This document shows positions 16,750-27,477 of a stretch of 64,000 nucleotides of DNA, in pieces. The stretch is from a virus, in the IMG/VR virus record IMGVR_UViG_3300020469_004451, positions 1 to 64,000 of that record; one strand, 5' to 3'. Both the position numbers and the translations under genes were made by a program. How positions within the stretch are numbered: the stretch's first letter is position 1; every line of letters starts with the position of its first letter. The notes beneath the pieces are model-generated. The model made no database searches. It was given only the letters and a program-made list of their open reading frames with translations, and was not told where the DNA came from.

Positions 16750-18628
16750 AGGAATTCAAGGTCGCCGCATGGAATATTCTGCGAGGGCTGTAAACGAAGA
16801 GGTGTTAGAGAAAGAGGGTTTTATCCAAGAGGGTGAAGCTAAGGTTCTCTTATGTAAATTTTTAAGGAATAATATTTCATTAGCATCAGAGATGATTATT
16901 GGGATGAAGCTGTTTCCTTTTCAAGCAATGCTTATTAAGGCAATGATGATTGGCGACTTCTCAATGTTCGTGCTATCTCGCGGTATGTCTAAAACGTGGT
17001 CTGCTGCGATTTATGTGATGCTTCAATTAATATTCAGACAAGGCATAAATATTGGAGTTCTTTCTAGTGGTTTTAGACAAGCTAAATTTATATTGCAAAA
17101 ATGCGAAGACATACTCAAAAAACCCGCCGCTGCTATGGCATCTCCTATGTTTACTTTACAGAAAGGAACAGATCAATGGACTTTGAGTTGTGGAATGAGC
17201 AAAGCTATGGCGCTACCTCTAGCAGACGGTTCTCGACTCAGGGGTTTTCGTTTTTCTGTTCTACTATTGGATGAGTTTTTAAATATCCCAAAAAATATTT
17301 TTCAAGAAGTTATTCTACCTTTTCTTGGGGTTATCGACAACCCGACAGAGCGAGAGGACTTGGCATTACTAGAAGATGAATTGATTGCCAATGGAAAAAT
17401 GAAAGAAGAGGATAGGTATAAATGGATCAACAACAAACTGATCATGCTTTCTTCTCCTTCTTATACTTTCGAGTATATGTATGAACTTTATTGTCAATAC
17501 AGAGATGCTATATTAGGTGTTGATATTAGGACCGATGTAGATGAAGAGTTTGATGCAGATGCTTACAGGATTATCTTTCAGTTGAGTTACGATTGTGCGC
17601 CAAAGGCTCTTTATGACAAAAATCAACTTCAAGTAGCAAAGCAAACTATGTCTGAGGCTGTATTCAATAAAGAGTATGGCGGTCAATTTGTATCAGAATC
17701 AGATTCATATTTTAAGCTTTCTAAAATGGCGGCTTGCACAGTTCCAGACGGAGATGCACCTTTTGTTCAGATAGCGGGAAACCCTGACCGTAAGTATGTG
17801 GTCGCAATTGACCCCTCTTGGTCTGAGGATAGCGGGTCTGATGATTTTGCTATGGAAGTATTCGAATTAGATGAAAGCTCTCAGAAGGGCTGTCTGGTCC
17901 ATGCTTACGGTCTTGCTGGAACAGGACTTAAAAAACATATTCAATATTTTCATTACTTAATAACAAATTTCAATGTGCAGTGTGTCGTATTGGATTATGC
18001 TGGCGGCGTTCAGTTTGTTTCTGCTTGCAACGAGAGTGAGCTATTTAAAGAAAGCAAAATCCATCTTAGTGGCATAGAAACAGAAGGCGAGTTTGATAAG
18101 CCTGAGACATACCTTAAAGATTTAAATACCTTCAAAAGAGAGCTTGCTCCAACTCAGCATAAGTATTGTATTTTAAGAAAACCTTCTTCTAATTGGATCA
18201 GACAAGCTAACGAATTGCTCCAAGCTAACATCGACCATAAAAGAATATTATTTGCTGCTCCAGCGCATGATGAAAATTTTAATAAACAAAGAAAGAAAAA
18301 TATTCCTATTGACGATTTAAAATGGGACACAAGGGTTAAAAAACAGTCTTCTGGTGCTGCTAAAATTGATTTCTTAGATCATCAGGTTTCTAAAATAGAA
18401 CAAACAAAACAGCAATGTGCTAACGTAGAAGTGGTGACAAATCCTCAAGGTTCTCAAACCTTTAGATTGCCGCCACATATGTCTCGTCAAACTGGACCGA
18501 ACAAACCAAGAAAAGATAATTATTCTGCGCTTGTATTGGGTAATTGGGCTATCAAAACTTATTTTGACGCAATGAATACAACAGAAGAAGTCAAGACCTT
18601 TGACACCTTTACGCCTTTTGGTGCTTGA
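16736..18628 (+). CDS. terL: terminase large subunit
   Basis: LFPFQ, SRGMSKT Walker A, RLRG, LLLDE Walker B; RNase H-like AIDPS..DD..KD. Confidence 0.88.
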   Translation: MAWSKGIQGRRMEYSARAVNEEVLEKEGFIQEGEAKVLLCKFLRNNISLASEMIIGMKLFPFQAMLIKAMMIGDFSMFVLSRGMSKTWSAAIYVMLQLIFRQGINIGVLSSGFRQAKFILQKCEDILKKPAAAMASPMFTLQKGTDQWTLSCGMSKAMALPLADGSRLRGFRFSVLLLDEFLNIPKNIFQEVILPFLGVIDNPTEREDLALLEDELIANGKMKEEDRYKWINNKLIMLSSPSYTFEYMYELYCQYRDAILGVDIRTDVDEEFDADAYRIIFQLSYDCAPKALYDKNQLQVAKQTMSEAVFNKEYGGQFVSESDSYFKLSKMAACTVPDGDAPFVQIAGNPDRKYVVAIDPSWSEDSGSDDFAMEVFELDESSQKGCLVHAYGLAGTGLKKHIQYFHYLITNFNVQCVVLDYAGGVQFVSACNESELFKESKIHLSGIETEGEFDKPETYLKDLNTFKRELAPTQHKYCILRKPSSNWIRQANELLQANIDHKRILFAAPAHDENFNKQRKKNIPIDDLKWDTRVKKQSSGAAKIDFLDHQVSKIEQTKQQCANVEVVTNPQGSQTFRLPPHMSRQTGPNKPRKDNYSALVLGNWAIKTYFDAMNTTEEVKTFDTFTPFGA

Positions 18629-19138
18629 TTACTTTACGGCTTCAGTAGGCCAAGGTTTCCAGCCTATTTTATCTTTAGTGTGTTCTCTACCAAAAAAATG
18701 ATCAGCTTCATGTGAGGCGATGTATGATAAGGATTTAGGGTCATTTTGAAACCTATCCGTAATACCTACTGATGGGGGTATGATGCCCCCGCCCTTCTGG
18801 AAGTATCCATAAGTTTCACCCTTGTAATGAGGCGACCACCGTGAACCATACCTTCTTGGGAAATAACTGATTTTTAAACCTACTTGATTATCAGACTCTT
18901 CAAAAAATGTCTTATATCTATGAGCGCCTTTTGATTTGTTGAAGCCTTCGATCACACCAGCCTTGGCATCTTCTTCCCATTTAGGAACATCTCTGTAAAT
19001 GTTTTTAAAAACTATCTTTTGAACAGACACTGATTCTTCCTTTGTAATTGGGTTCTCTGGAGTTCTTTCTCTTACGCCTCCGCAACTAGAAAGAAATAAT
19101 ATTACAATTGGGTATAGCAGAAATAAAAATCTTGTCAT
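18629..19138 (-). CDS. lipoprotein with a zincin HExxH motif
   Basis: Lipobox LSSC; ASHEADHFFGREH. Confidence 0.65.
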   Translation of the reverse strand: MTRFLFLLYPIVILFLSSCGGVRERTPENPITKEESVSVQKIVFKNIYRDVPKWEEDAKAGVIEGFNKSKGAHRYKTFFEESDNQVGLKISYFPRRYGSRWSPHYKGETYGYFQKGGGIIPPSVGITDRFQNDPKSLSYIASHEADHFFGREHTKDKIGWKPWPTEAVK

Positions 19139-19184
19139 TTAAACTAATTACACATATATTGAATCGTTTAATGTGTAATTTATT

Positions 19185-19895
19185 ATGATGAGAGTTTCCG
19201 ATAAACAGTATAAACAGCTTTTGGATATTCAAAAAGCATTGGAATGGGAGGGCGTTAAATTAGACTCATTGTTAAAAGAAATGAAAGAACAAGAAGACGA
19301 GCAGCCTACTGAGCCTATTGAGGTTCCAGTTGAGCCTACTGGAAAAAAGGTAGCCATATGTGTCGGTCACAGTAGAAGTGGCGATAACGGAGCGGTTAAT
19401 ACTGACGGAGTTTCAGAACACACATACAATGGTCAAATCGCTCACAATCTTAGCCAAAAATTATCATCTCACGGTATTGAAAGTAAAGTTTTTGATTATT
19501 ACGAAGGCAGCGGTTATGGATCAGCTATGTCTTGGATAGGGGATCAGGTTAAAAAGTATGATGCTGACATAGCTATTGAACTACATTTTAATAGTGCCTC
19601 TCCAAGCGCGGCTGGTTATGAATATCTTTACTGGCACTCAAGTAGCTCGTCCAAAGCTTTAGCGGACTCTTTGCTAAAAGCTCAAGAAGAAAAGACCCCG
19701 CAAATGAAAAATAGGGGCATCAAATCTAAAACTTCTAGTGATAGAGGCTCTGGCTTCCTTTCAAAGACTCATTGCCCTTCTGTTATTACAGAGCCTTATT
19801 TTGGTTCTAATCAGGAAGAGACTACTTACTATAGAGACAAGAATATCTTGGAAGAAATTTATACCAAAGGTATTGTAGATTACTTTATAGGATAG
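19185..19895 (+). CDS. N-acetylmuramoyl-L-alanine amidase (Amidase_3), endolysin
   Basis: ICVGHS, SEH, IELHFNS and ITEPYF zinc-amidase motifs. Confidence 0.88.
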   Translation: MMRVSDKQYKQLLDIQKALEWEGVKLDSLLKEMKEQEDEQPTEPIEVPVEPTGKKVAICVGHSRSGDNGAVNTDGVSEHTYNGQIAHNLSQKLSSHGIESKVFDYYEGSGYGSAMSWIGDQVKKYDADIAIELHFNSASPSAAGYEYLYWHSSSSSKALADSLLKAQEEKTPQMKNRGIKSKTSSDRGSGFLSKTHCPSVITEPYFGSNQEETTYYRDKNILEEIYTKGIVDYFIG

Positions 19896-19898
19896 AGT

Positions 19899-20522
19899 CT
19901 AACCCAAGACTTTCTCAAAGAGTTTCATCATATTCATGTCAATGTTACTTATTTTTGACTTTGATATGATTTTTTCGGGCATTTTAGAAATAAGTTCTGA
20001 TCCGTAAACTTCTGTATAATTGTTCATCCATTTTCTTTTTAAGAAACAAAAATGGTAGTAATATAAATACAAGTTAGCCGACTTAGTATAATCCTTTACG
20101 CAAATTGGGATATCAAACTTTTTTATAAGTTTTAAAGACCTTAGCTCGCAGTCCCTTTCGACAAGTATGACATCAATAAGATCATCCCAAAGTCTTATGC
20201 CATCGTTACTTTCTTCTTTTGCGAGCCAATCCCAAAAGCGGGTTACATCAGAACCCTCTACCCATAAAGGTATTTTATCTACAGCTTGAGTAAAATGAGC
20301 GAATTCATGGACGAACACTTCCATGAACTTAGTGGATTTACCAGCTATAATTATTTCTTTTCCGTCGCAAGAGCCGCTATGCCTTCCACCGTCTGACAGG
20401 TATTTTACATTTTTAATAATTAATCGTCCGTTATTTTTTATAATGTAGTCTTGAGCATATTCAAGGAAGGGTTGGAAATCTTTTTCAAAAACAATATCTT
20501 TATGAATTCTAATGTTTTTCAT
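19899..20522 (-). CDS. zincin-like metallopeptidase
   Basis: VFVHEFAH plus downstream ERDCE. Confidence 0.6.
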   Translation of the reverse strand: MKNIRIHKDIVFEKDFQPFLEYAQDYIIKNNGRLIIKNVKYLSDGGRHSGSCDGKEIIIAGKSTKFMEVFVHEFAHFTQAVDKIPLWVEGSDVTRFWDWLAKEESNDGIRLWDDLIDVILVERDCELRSLKLIKKFDIPICVKDYTKSANLYLYYYHFCFLKRKWMNNYTEVYGSELISKMPEKIISKSKISNIDMNMMKLFEKVLG

Positions 20523-20684
20523 TTATAACTATTACACAAGTCAACGCTCGATCTTCGCTCCATGTAAGTTATAAGATTATTCTTTTAAATTGTTTTTTCT
20601 TTTTAATTTCATTAAAATACAAATAAGAAAGATATAAAAGTCAACAATTTTTTAACTTTGATGACTTTTTGTGTAAGAATAGAC

Positions 20685-22733
20685 ATGGCAAAGCGTCCCT
20701 ATAAAAAACGTAATATAGAATACTGGAACAATTTATCAGAAGGAAGACTCCAGAACCCTCCACCGACGCAACCTGTAGAGAACGTTAATACAGATTTTGA
20801 GCCGTTTACATTTGGAGATCCACTTCTAGATTTAGAATCAACCGCTAGTAGATTAAGTAATCCAAGCGGAAGAAGAAAAAGCAAGAGCAGAAACATGGCT
20901 GCTACGGGCGGCATAAGAGATCAATACGCTAATATTGACGAAGGTTTGCTTCCTTTTCAATATAGTCGTGATTGTGTTGGCGTTTCTGACGCTGTTCTTC
21001 TTTGTCAAAAAGCTTACTTTAACATTGCAGTCTTTAGAAGCACTATTGATCTTCTATCAGAATTTGCAGATGCAGAGCTTCATTTAAAAGGTGGAAACTC
21101 ATCTAGTCGTAAGTTTATTAATTCTTGGTTAAATCTTATTAGAATTCACGATCTGAAGGAACAATTTTTTAGAGAGTATTATCGTTCTGGCAATGTATAT
21201 CTATATCAATTAGAAGCAAACGTGATGCCCAAAACAATAACTAACTTTAGTCTGACTTCTCACGCAGCCAAAGAAAAAGTTCCAGTAAAATATATTCTTT
21301 TAAATCCTTCTGATATTAAGGTGGCAGATCAATTGGCTTTTGGAAGCTTTGCTTACACTAAAACACTTACGCCTTTTGAAATTGCTAGACTAAAGAATAG
21401 AGAAGATCATCCAGAGGCTCAGAACATTTACAATGGGCTTCCTGAGAGGGTAAAAAAACAAATTGAATCTTACAATGCCGTCAACACCTTGAATCAAGAG
21501 ATTCTATTAGACTTAGACGTAGAGCTTTTTCACCCTGTATTTTATAAAAAACAAGATTACGAACCATTGGCAGTGCCGATGGGCTTTTCTGTTCTTGATG
21601 ATCTAAACAAAAAGGCAGAACTTAAAAAGATAGATCAAGCTATGGCTCGCTCTATTGAAAATGTGATACTATTAATCACTATGGGTGCAGAGCCAGATAA
21701 AGGCGGCATTAACCACAAAAACGTTGCAGCTATGCGCGAGCTTCTTGAAAGCAATAGTGTTGGGAGAGCAATTGTTTCCGATTACACGACCAAAGGCGAG
21801 TTCTTACAGCCTGATCTTAAAAAGGTCATGGGTAAGGAAAAATATGAAGTTCTCAACAAAGATATTCAAGAGGGCTTGGGCAACATTCTTCTTGGAGAAT
21901 CCAAGTATTCTGATACTGAGTTAAAAGTTCAAATATTCTTTGACAGACTTGAAGAATCAAGATCAAGGTTTTTGAAAGACTTTTTACAACCTGAGATTAA
22001 TAGGGTTTGTAGAAAAATGGGTTTTAGAGAAGTTCCCAAAGCTGTCTTTAACAAAAAAGAAACGATAGCAAAAGAAAGTTCTCAAAGGCTTATTGCTCGT
22101 ATGATGGAGCTTGGCGTTTTAACTCCAGAGCAGGGAATGGAAACCATTAACAAAGGTCACTTTCCTAAAGCCGAAGAGATGGAAGCTTCTCAAAGAAAAT
22201 ATCTTAAAGCCAGAGAAAAGGGTTATTATGTTCCTGTCGTTGGTGGTCAGGCATTGATAAAAGAAGATGAGGGAGAAGACACAGAAGATGTTGAAGCTCT
22301 TTCAATTAATAAAATCTCTGATAAGAAAAAAAGAACAACTGGTAGGGATCAAAAGAAATCTGCAACTGTATCCGCTCCTTCTGGTGGCAGACCGATGGGC
22401 GCAGTTTCTTATTCCAACTCAGCTTTGATGGAAGTGGTAGAATCAGCTAAAGGTCTTGAATCTCTAGCTAAACAAATCTATAAGAAGGAACTGGGAATTA
22501 AGCGTTTCAATAAAGAAAAGAAAAAGCTTATAACTGATCTTTGTAGCGCAGTTATTATCAATTCTGATGCTACGAATTGGGAGCGGGATTTAGAAGAAGT
22601 AGTTTTAAATAACTCAAAACTTTTAACTTTAAGCACTCATCCTAGTGTATTAAGTCTTGCAGCAGAGCATCAACTCGATGACTACGCCGCTGCTCTTCTT
22701 TACCATTCCACAAAAATAGATAATGTCAAGTAA
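20685..22733 (+). CDS. portal protein
   Basis: Size and position between TerL and the protease; FRSTIDLLSEF..FFREYYRSGNVY; start after GTGTAA. Confidence 0.75.
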   Translation: MAKRPYKKRNIEYWNNLSEGRLQNPPPTQPVENVNTDFEPFTFGDPLLDLESTASRLSNPSGRRKSKSRNMAATGGIRDQYANIDEGLLPFQYSRDCVGVSDAVLLCQKAYFNIAVFRSTIDLLSEFADAELHLKGGNSSSRKFINSWLNLIRIHDLKEQFFREYYRSGNVYLYQLEANVMPKTITNFSLTSHAAKEKVPVKYILLNPSDIKVADQLAFGSFAYTKTLTPFEIARLKNREDHPEAQNIYNGLPERVKKQIESYNAVNTLNQEILLDLDVELFHPVFYKKQDYEPLAVPMGFSVLDDLNKKAELKKIDQAMARSIENVILLITMGAEPDKGGINHKNVAAMRELLESNSVGRAIVSDYTTKGEFLQPDLKKVMGKEKYEVLNKDIQEGLGNILLGESKYSDTELKVQIFFDRLEESRSRFLKDFLQPEINRVCRKMGFREVPKAVFNKKETIAKESSQRLIARMMELGVLTPEQGMETINKGHFPKAEEMEASQRKYLKAREKGYYVPVVGGQALIKEDEGEDTEDVEALSINKISDKKKRTTGRDQKKSATVSAPSGGRPMGAVSYSNSALMEVVESAKGLESLAKQIYKKELGIKRFNKEKKKLITDLCSAVIINSDATNWERDLEEVVLNNSKLLTLSTHPSVLSLAAEHQLDDYAAALLYHSTKIDNVK

Positions 22734-24261
22734 TAAATTTAAGTTAACAGGCATCGTTCGCGCTATTGATTCTTCTGATTATGAAAAGATGGGAGTATCC
22801 AAAGCAGCTTTTATATCTCAGGCTAGTAGTCTTTTTCCTAAAGAAGTAGGTGTAAGTGAATCATTTGATTTGCTTCCAGTTGTTTTTAATTTAGGCGTTG
22901 TAAATAAGTTCAACGCAAATGGAGACGGGATTGATACTGTTCGCGCAGCACAGATAATTAAAAAGTTTATACATAAGCCTTTAAATATTGAACATTACAA
23001 GCCCGATATTGTTGGGCATATTGTAAATGCGAGCTTTTCAGATAAAGAGCCAGATTACTTAGAGAACTCAGTAGAAGATTTTCTAGATAGAGATGATCCA
23101 TTCTTCATTTCAGTAGCTGCTGTAATATACAAACATGTATATCCAGATTTATCTAAAGCTATTATGAAGGCTTCTAATCCAGAAGACCCGTCTTATCAGG
23201 CTTATTCTTCTTCTTGGGAGATTGCCTTTTCAAAATACAAAGTATGTGTTGGTAGCGAGTTGTTATCAGAATGTAAAATTTATGAAGAGGGTTCCGCTGA
23301 ATATGAAAAATATGATAAGGAATTAAAATCAAGCGGTGGCAAAGGCGGTAAAAAAGATGGACCTGTTAGCAGATTATTTGATGGAAAGATAATTCCAGTA
23401 GGAGCAGCTTTAACAGAAAATCCAGCCGCTCAAGTAAAAGGAGTATATTCCTTAGTAGATTTAATTAACAAAGAAGACCAAGAAAAAACATCCAATAGTA
23501 ATAAAAAAAGTTCCGAAAACCAAGAAACTCCTGTAAACGATAAAAACGATAATAGTGATATTATGACCGAAGAGCAATTTAACGAATTGAAAAAACATAT
23601 CGAAGACCAAATTGGTGCTTTCGATATTAACGAATCAACCGCCTCTACTGTAGGCGAAAAATTTGCCACCGTTCTTGAGGACGCTGCTAAAGATTGGAAA
23701 TCTTCTAGCGAAGCTGCCAAAGAGAGGGAGGAAGACTATAAGAAAGAAATGGAAGAGCTTAAAAAGCAACTTTCTTCTGCGACCGAATCTTTGGTTGCTC
23801 TGAAGTCGGACTTGGAGATGCGTAAAGCCGCTGAAAAATACAATGGTCGCATGGAAGCTATGGCAAGCGTGTTTGAACTTAATGAAGAAGTTGAGGCAAT
23901 CGTAGCCAAGCAAATTAAAGATATTGAGACTGACGAAGATTTTGAATCTTATTTAACCGAAGCAAAAATTCTTTTTGCTGACAAAACAAAGGAAGCCGTT
24001 GCAGCAGTTGAAGCAGCAGAAGAAGCTGAAAAGAAGCACGACGAAATTGAAGAGTCCAAAGCTTCTGAGCAAGAAGGCGAAGCTGAAGAAGCTGAAGGCG
24101 AAGCTGAAGAAGCTGAAGGCGAAGAAGAAAAAGAAGGTGGGGACGAAATTGAAACCTCCGAAAGTTCCGATTCCTGTGTAACAAACAACAACGGTGACGA
24201 TTCAACTGAAGAAAATCTTTTCGACAGGCTCAAAAAGGCTGGACTTCAACTTGAAAACTAA
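22723..24261 (+). CDS. prohead protease fused to a scaffold-like acidic coiled coil
   Basis: NANGD, KPLNIEH..IVGH, SSWE, GAALTENPA; acidic C-terminal half. Confidence 0.75.
   Translation: MSSNKFKLTGIVRAIDSSDYEKMGVSKAAFISQASSLFPKEVGVSESFDLLPVVFNLGVVNKFNANGDGIDTVRAAQIIKKFIHKPLNIEHYKPDIVGHIVNASFSDKEPDYLENSVEDFLDRDDPFFISVAAVIYKHVYPDLSKAIMKASNPEDPSYQAYSSSWEIAFSKYKVCVGSELLSECKIYEEGSAEYEKYDKELKSSGGKGGKKDGPVSRLFDGKIIPVGAALTENPAAQVKGVYSLVDLINKEDQEKTSNSNKKSSENQETPVNDKNDNSDIMTEEQFNELKKHIEDQIGAFDINESTASTVGEKFATVLEDAAKDWKSSSEAAKEREEDYKKEMEELKKQLSSATESLVALKSDLEMRKAAEKYNGRMEAMASVFELNEEVEAIVAKQIKDIETDEDFESYLTEAKILFADKTKEAVAAVEAAEEAEKKHDEIEESKASEQEGEAEEAEGEAEEAEGEEEKEGGDEIETSESSDSCVTNNNGDDSTEENLFDRLKKAGLQLEN
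24077..24125 (+). repeat. 21-bp tandem repeat encoding GEAEEAE
   Basis: ggcgaagctgaagaagctgaa twice plus a partial copy. Confidence 0.85.
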
Positions 24262-24294
24262 TAACCCAAAGATTTAAAAATAAACTAAAACATC

Positions 24295-24909
24295 ATGGCA
24301 CAAGTAATTACTCGACTACTTCCTAACCGAAACTTCGACCCGAAAAGCGAAGTCAACATGTTCGCTCTGGATGCTGCATCTGGAGAAGCTGGAACTTTTG
24401 TTAAAGTCTCCGCTGCTAACCTCTCGGACGATCCTGTTGCTTACGTTAATCGACCCGACGCTTTCGCAAACAGCCTTGGCAATGCCACTTCTCAGTATCC
24501 AGAAGTTACTCGTAAAGTAACTGCTGCTGGAACTGGAGACGGTGGAGTTGTTATCGGCATGATCACTCGCGACGTTCGCGAAATTGACGAAAACGGCGAA
24601 AGCCTTCACTTCTATCCTCAGAAAAAAGAGGAGCTTCAGTGCGTTGTTTCTGGAGAAGCTAACCCTATCGTTTCTCGCGGAACCGTTGAAGTTAACGTCA
24701 GGGGTCTTGCTGGTGGAGCTACTCCTAACGTTGGTGATCTCGCTGTTCTTGCAGCTAATGGTCAAATCACTGGTGTGAGCGCAGCTTCCGCTTCTGCTCA
24801 ACAGAAAGCCGACACGGTTGGAACTATCCTTGGGACTGGTCTTCGTGTATCTCAACAATCAACAGACTCTCTTGCAGGTCCATATGCAATGCTTAAATTC
24901 TCTGTATAA
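24295..24909 (+). CDS. head decoration / capsid cement protein
   Basis: Directly upstream of the MCP, with similar biased codon usage; small-residue-rich. Confidence 0.6.
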   Translation: MAQVITRLLPNRNFDPKSEVNMFALDAASGEAGTFVKVSAANLSDDPVAYVNRPDAFANSLGNATSQYPEVTRKVTAAGTGDGGVVIGMITRDVREIDENGESLHFYPQKKEELQCVVSGEANPIVSRGTVEVNVRGLAGGATPNVGDLAVLAANGQITGVSAASASAQQKADTVGTILGTGLRVSQQSTDSLAGPYAMLKFSV

Positions 24910-24943
24910 CTTAAACCAATAAACCTCAAGAAAGACTTTAAAA

Positions 24944-26059
24944 ATGCAAATTAAACTAGATAAAACCGAAGATCAAATCGCACTTATCAAAGCTGTCGCC
25001 TCTAAGGATAGAGACGTTGCTTACGAGGCGAAGGCTACTGTTGCAGAACTCGTTGGTCCTGTTATCAGCGAAGTGATCAATAACGCTCCTAGCATTTCGT
25101 CGCTTTACACGACTGCAAGCTTCAGCGAAGATGACAACCTTTCAATGCCTCTTGATCTATTGCACGACGTAACTGACCAAGACTACATCCGTGTTCACTC
25201 TCAAACTGTTGCTGGAGGACTTAGCTCTAACGAGATGTTCCCTGCACAAGACGAACTTAAATTCAAAACCTACTCTCTTGATTCCGCTTGGAGTTTCGAC
25301 AAGAAGTATGCTCGTAAGGCTCGCGTTGACGTTGTTTCCGCTGTCTTCACTCGCATGGCACAGGAATTCCTTCTCAAGCAAGAGAAGACTTCTGTAAACC
25401 AGCTTCTCGGCGCACTTGTTGCTGCTGACACTAAAGTTGCTGGTAGTGCTGCTGCTGGAAATCACGTTATCAGCACTCTTGCTGATGATCGTCTTCAGCT
25501 TGCTGACTTCAACGCTCTCGTTACTCGCTCTAAGCGTATCTGGAGCAATTACTCCAGCGGAACTCCTGTTGGTGGTTCTATGGTTGGCGTTTCTGACCTC
25601 ATCATGTCTCCAGAGGCAGTTGAGAGCATCCGAAGCATCGCTTACAATCCTGTCAGCGAAACTCAGAGTCACGGAACTGACGCTACTGACGCAATGCGTG
25701 AGGCGCTCATGGGCCAAGGTGGTCTTCCTTCTCTTTTCGGTATCGGAATCATCGAAATTCTTGAGCTTGGTGTTAACCAGCGTTACAACGAAATCTTCGA
25801 TGCTGTTAATACCGCTGCTGGATCTCCTGTTACTTTTGATAACACCAAAGATGAAATCATCATCGGTGTTGATCGTGGAAACACTGGACTTATTCGCCCA
25901 ACCATTACGGAAGAGGGTTCGTCCACTGAGGTTACTGTTGAAGTGGATGACCAGTTCGCAGTTCGTCAGAACAAGACAGGATGGTATGGTAAGATCGAAG
26001 AAGGTCGCATCGTTACCGAAGACCGTAGGCTTTCGGGTATCGTCCTCACAGGTGCTTAA
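24944..26059 (+). CDS. major capsid protein (HK97 fold)
   Basis: 371 aa after protease and decoration genes; highly expressed codon bias; followed by a strong terminator. Confidence 0.8.
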   Translation: MQIKLDKTEDQIALIKAVASKDRDVAYEAKATVAELVGPVISEVINNAPSISSLYTTASFSEDDNLSMPLDLLHDVTDQDYIRVHSQTVAGGLSSNEMFPAQDELKFKTYSLDSAWSFDKKYARKARVDVVSAVFTRMAQEFLLKQEKTSVNQLLGALVAADTKVAGSAAAGNHVISTLADDRLQLADFNALVTRSKRIWSNYSSGTPVGGSMVGVSDLIMSPEAVESIRSIAYNPVSETQSHGTDATDAMREALMGQGGLPSLFGIGIIEILELGVNQRYNEIFDAVNTAAGSPVTFDNTKDEIIIGVDRGNTGLIRPTITEEGSSTEVTVEVDDQFAVRQNKTGWYGKIEEGRIVTEDRRLSGIVLTGA

Positions 26060-26076
26060 TAAGGACTTGTTGAATT

Positions 26077-26114
26077 AAAAAAAGCACGACTCGTTAATCG
26101 GGTCGTGCTTTTTT
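26077..26114 (+). terminator. rho-independent terminator
   Basis: AAAAAAGCACGACTCG-TTAAT-CGGGTCGTGCTTTTTT. Confidence 0.9.
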
Positions 26115-26150
26115 GCTTTAAATTAATCATTAAAAATAATATAATAGGGT

Positions 26151-26507
26151 ATGGAAAAACAAGAGGAATTTGACTTTTCAGATGGTAAAGATCGCGAAAC
26201 CAATCAGCCTAAAGAAAGAAGTCAGGCAGAATTGGAGCAGTTGCTTGATATGGGTAAGATGAATCCTTACCAGACTTTGAGCAAAGCTACATTCATTGAA
26301 AGATTGGAAGAAATGGACTTGGACGAGAAGCATAAACTGGCTATTAGAGTTGGGATTACTCCTGTCAATAACAATACACAGCTAACAGAACGTCTTGTTG
26401 ATAATTTTGATGATTTCATCTCTAAGTCTAGAATGATTCAAGGTGCTACCAGTAACGATATTGACCCTAGCAGTGAAGAGTATAAAAAAATTAAACACCT
26501 TCTCTGA
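26151..26507 (+). CDS. hypothetical protein
   Basis: ORF track; TATAAT 5 nt before the ATG. Confidence 0.7.
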   Translation: MEKQEEFDFSDGKDRETNQPKERSQAELEQLLDMGKMNPYQTLSKATFIERLEEMDLDEKHKLAIRVGITPVNNNTQLTERLVDNFDDFISKSRMIQGATSNDIDPSSEEYKKIKHLL

Positions 26508-26536
26508 ACTACTTAAAAAGTGTAACTGTAAGAGAT

Positions 26537-27037
26537 ATGAATGATTTACAGTCTCTTGCAGAAGACATCGTTACATACTCTTTTCCAGACGATACGGGAA
26601 GGTTTCCCGTTTCTTTTGTTTCGGGTTGGCTAGAAACGCACATTGGTGAACTTAACGGTTTAACTCACGAAGATTTCTTCATTAATGAAACTGGAGGTAT
26701 TGGGCCAAGCGGTCTAATGCCAGTAGAAAAGGATATCTTTAAATCCTTATACGAAGAAGAATACTACGAAAGAGCAGCTAGAGAGGCTCTGAGGGGCATT
26801 ATATGGGGTGAGGGTAATGCAGATAGCGTTACTATGGTAAAGGAGGGTGACACTACAATTCAAAAGGTAAGTAAGCACCAAATTTCTAGAACCTTTTCAG
26901 AATTCGCTGCTGCTGCTCGCGGTAATCTTGAGGATCTTTTGTTTCAATACAATATGCAGAAGTCTTCGCCAATTGGAGTTGACAGTGCCGAAGGACTTGC
27001 AGATACCGAATATAACTGTTTTAATCACGATCACTAA
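26537..27037 (+). CDS. putative head-tail adaptor
   Basis: Synteny after the MCP; VKEGDTTI strand. Confidence 0.5.
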   Translation: MNDLQSLAEDIVTYSFPDDTGRFPVSFVSGWLETHIGELNGLTHEDFFINETGGIGPSGLMPVEKDIFKSLYEEEYYERAAREALRGIIWGEGNADSVTMVKEGDTTIQKVSKHQISRTFSEFAAAARGNLEDLLFQYNMQKSSPIGVDSAEGLADTEYNCFNHDH

Positions 27038-27477
27038 TGGCATCAATATTTAACGATAGCGAAAAAAGCGCGATTGAAAGTATCTTGGACGATGTTCACG
27101 ACACTTTTAAAAAAAATATATTTGTTTATGTAGAAGAAGTTACTTCTGTTGATTTTTCAGATACTCAATTCAATCCTATTTATGGTAGGTCTTTCAATCA
27201 AGCAAAGACAGCTAAAGATAAAAAGCTGACTAAGCATACGGTAGAAGCTAGGGTATTTTATGATAGTCAAAAAGACAATGAATTTATTGAGGACATCGGC
27301 GCTGGTTCTTCGGAAAATGTAGTTCGTATTAAAGTAAATTACGACGCAAAAGAATTAATCAAGAATGCTTCAGTAATAGAAGTAGATGATGAAAGATACT
27401 CTCTAGTATCAGACGCAGAAGTTATTGGGCCTTTCAATAATCCATATTGGAAGATTTATTTAAAACGTGATGGCTAA
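27037..27477 (+). CDS. putative head closure (stopper) protein
   Basis: Synteny; beta-rich, C-terminal YWKIYLKR. Confidence 0.5.
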   Translation: MASIFNDSEKSAIESILDDVHDTFKKNIFVYVEEVTSVDFSDTQFNPIYGRSFNQAKTAKDKKLTKHTVEARVFYDSQKDNEFIEDIGAGSSENVVRIKVNYDAKELIKNASVIEVDDERYSLVSDAEVIGPFNNPYWKIYLKRDG

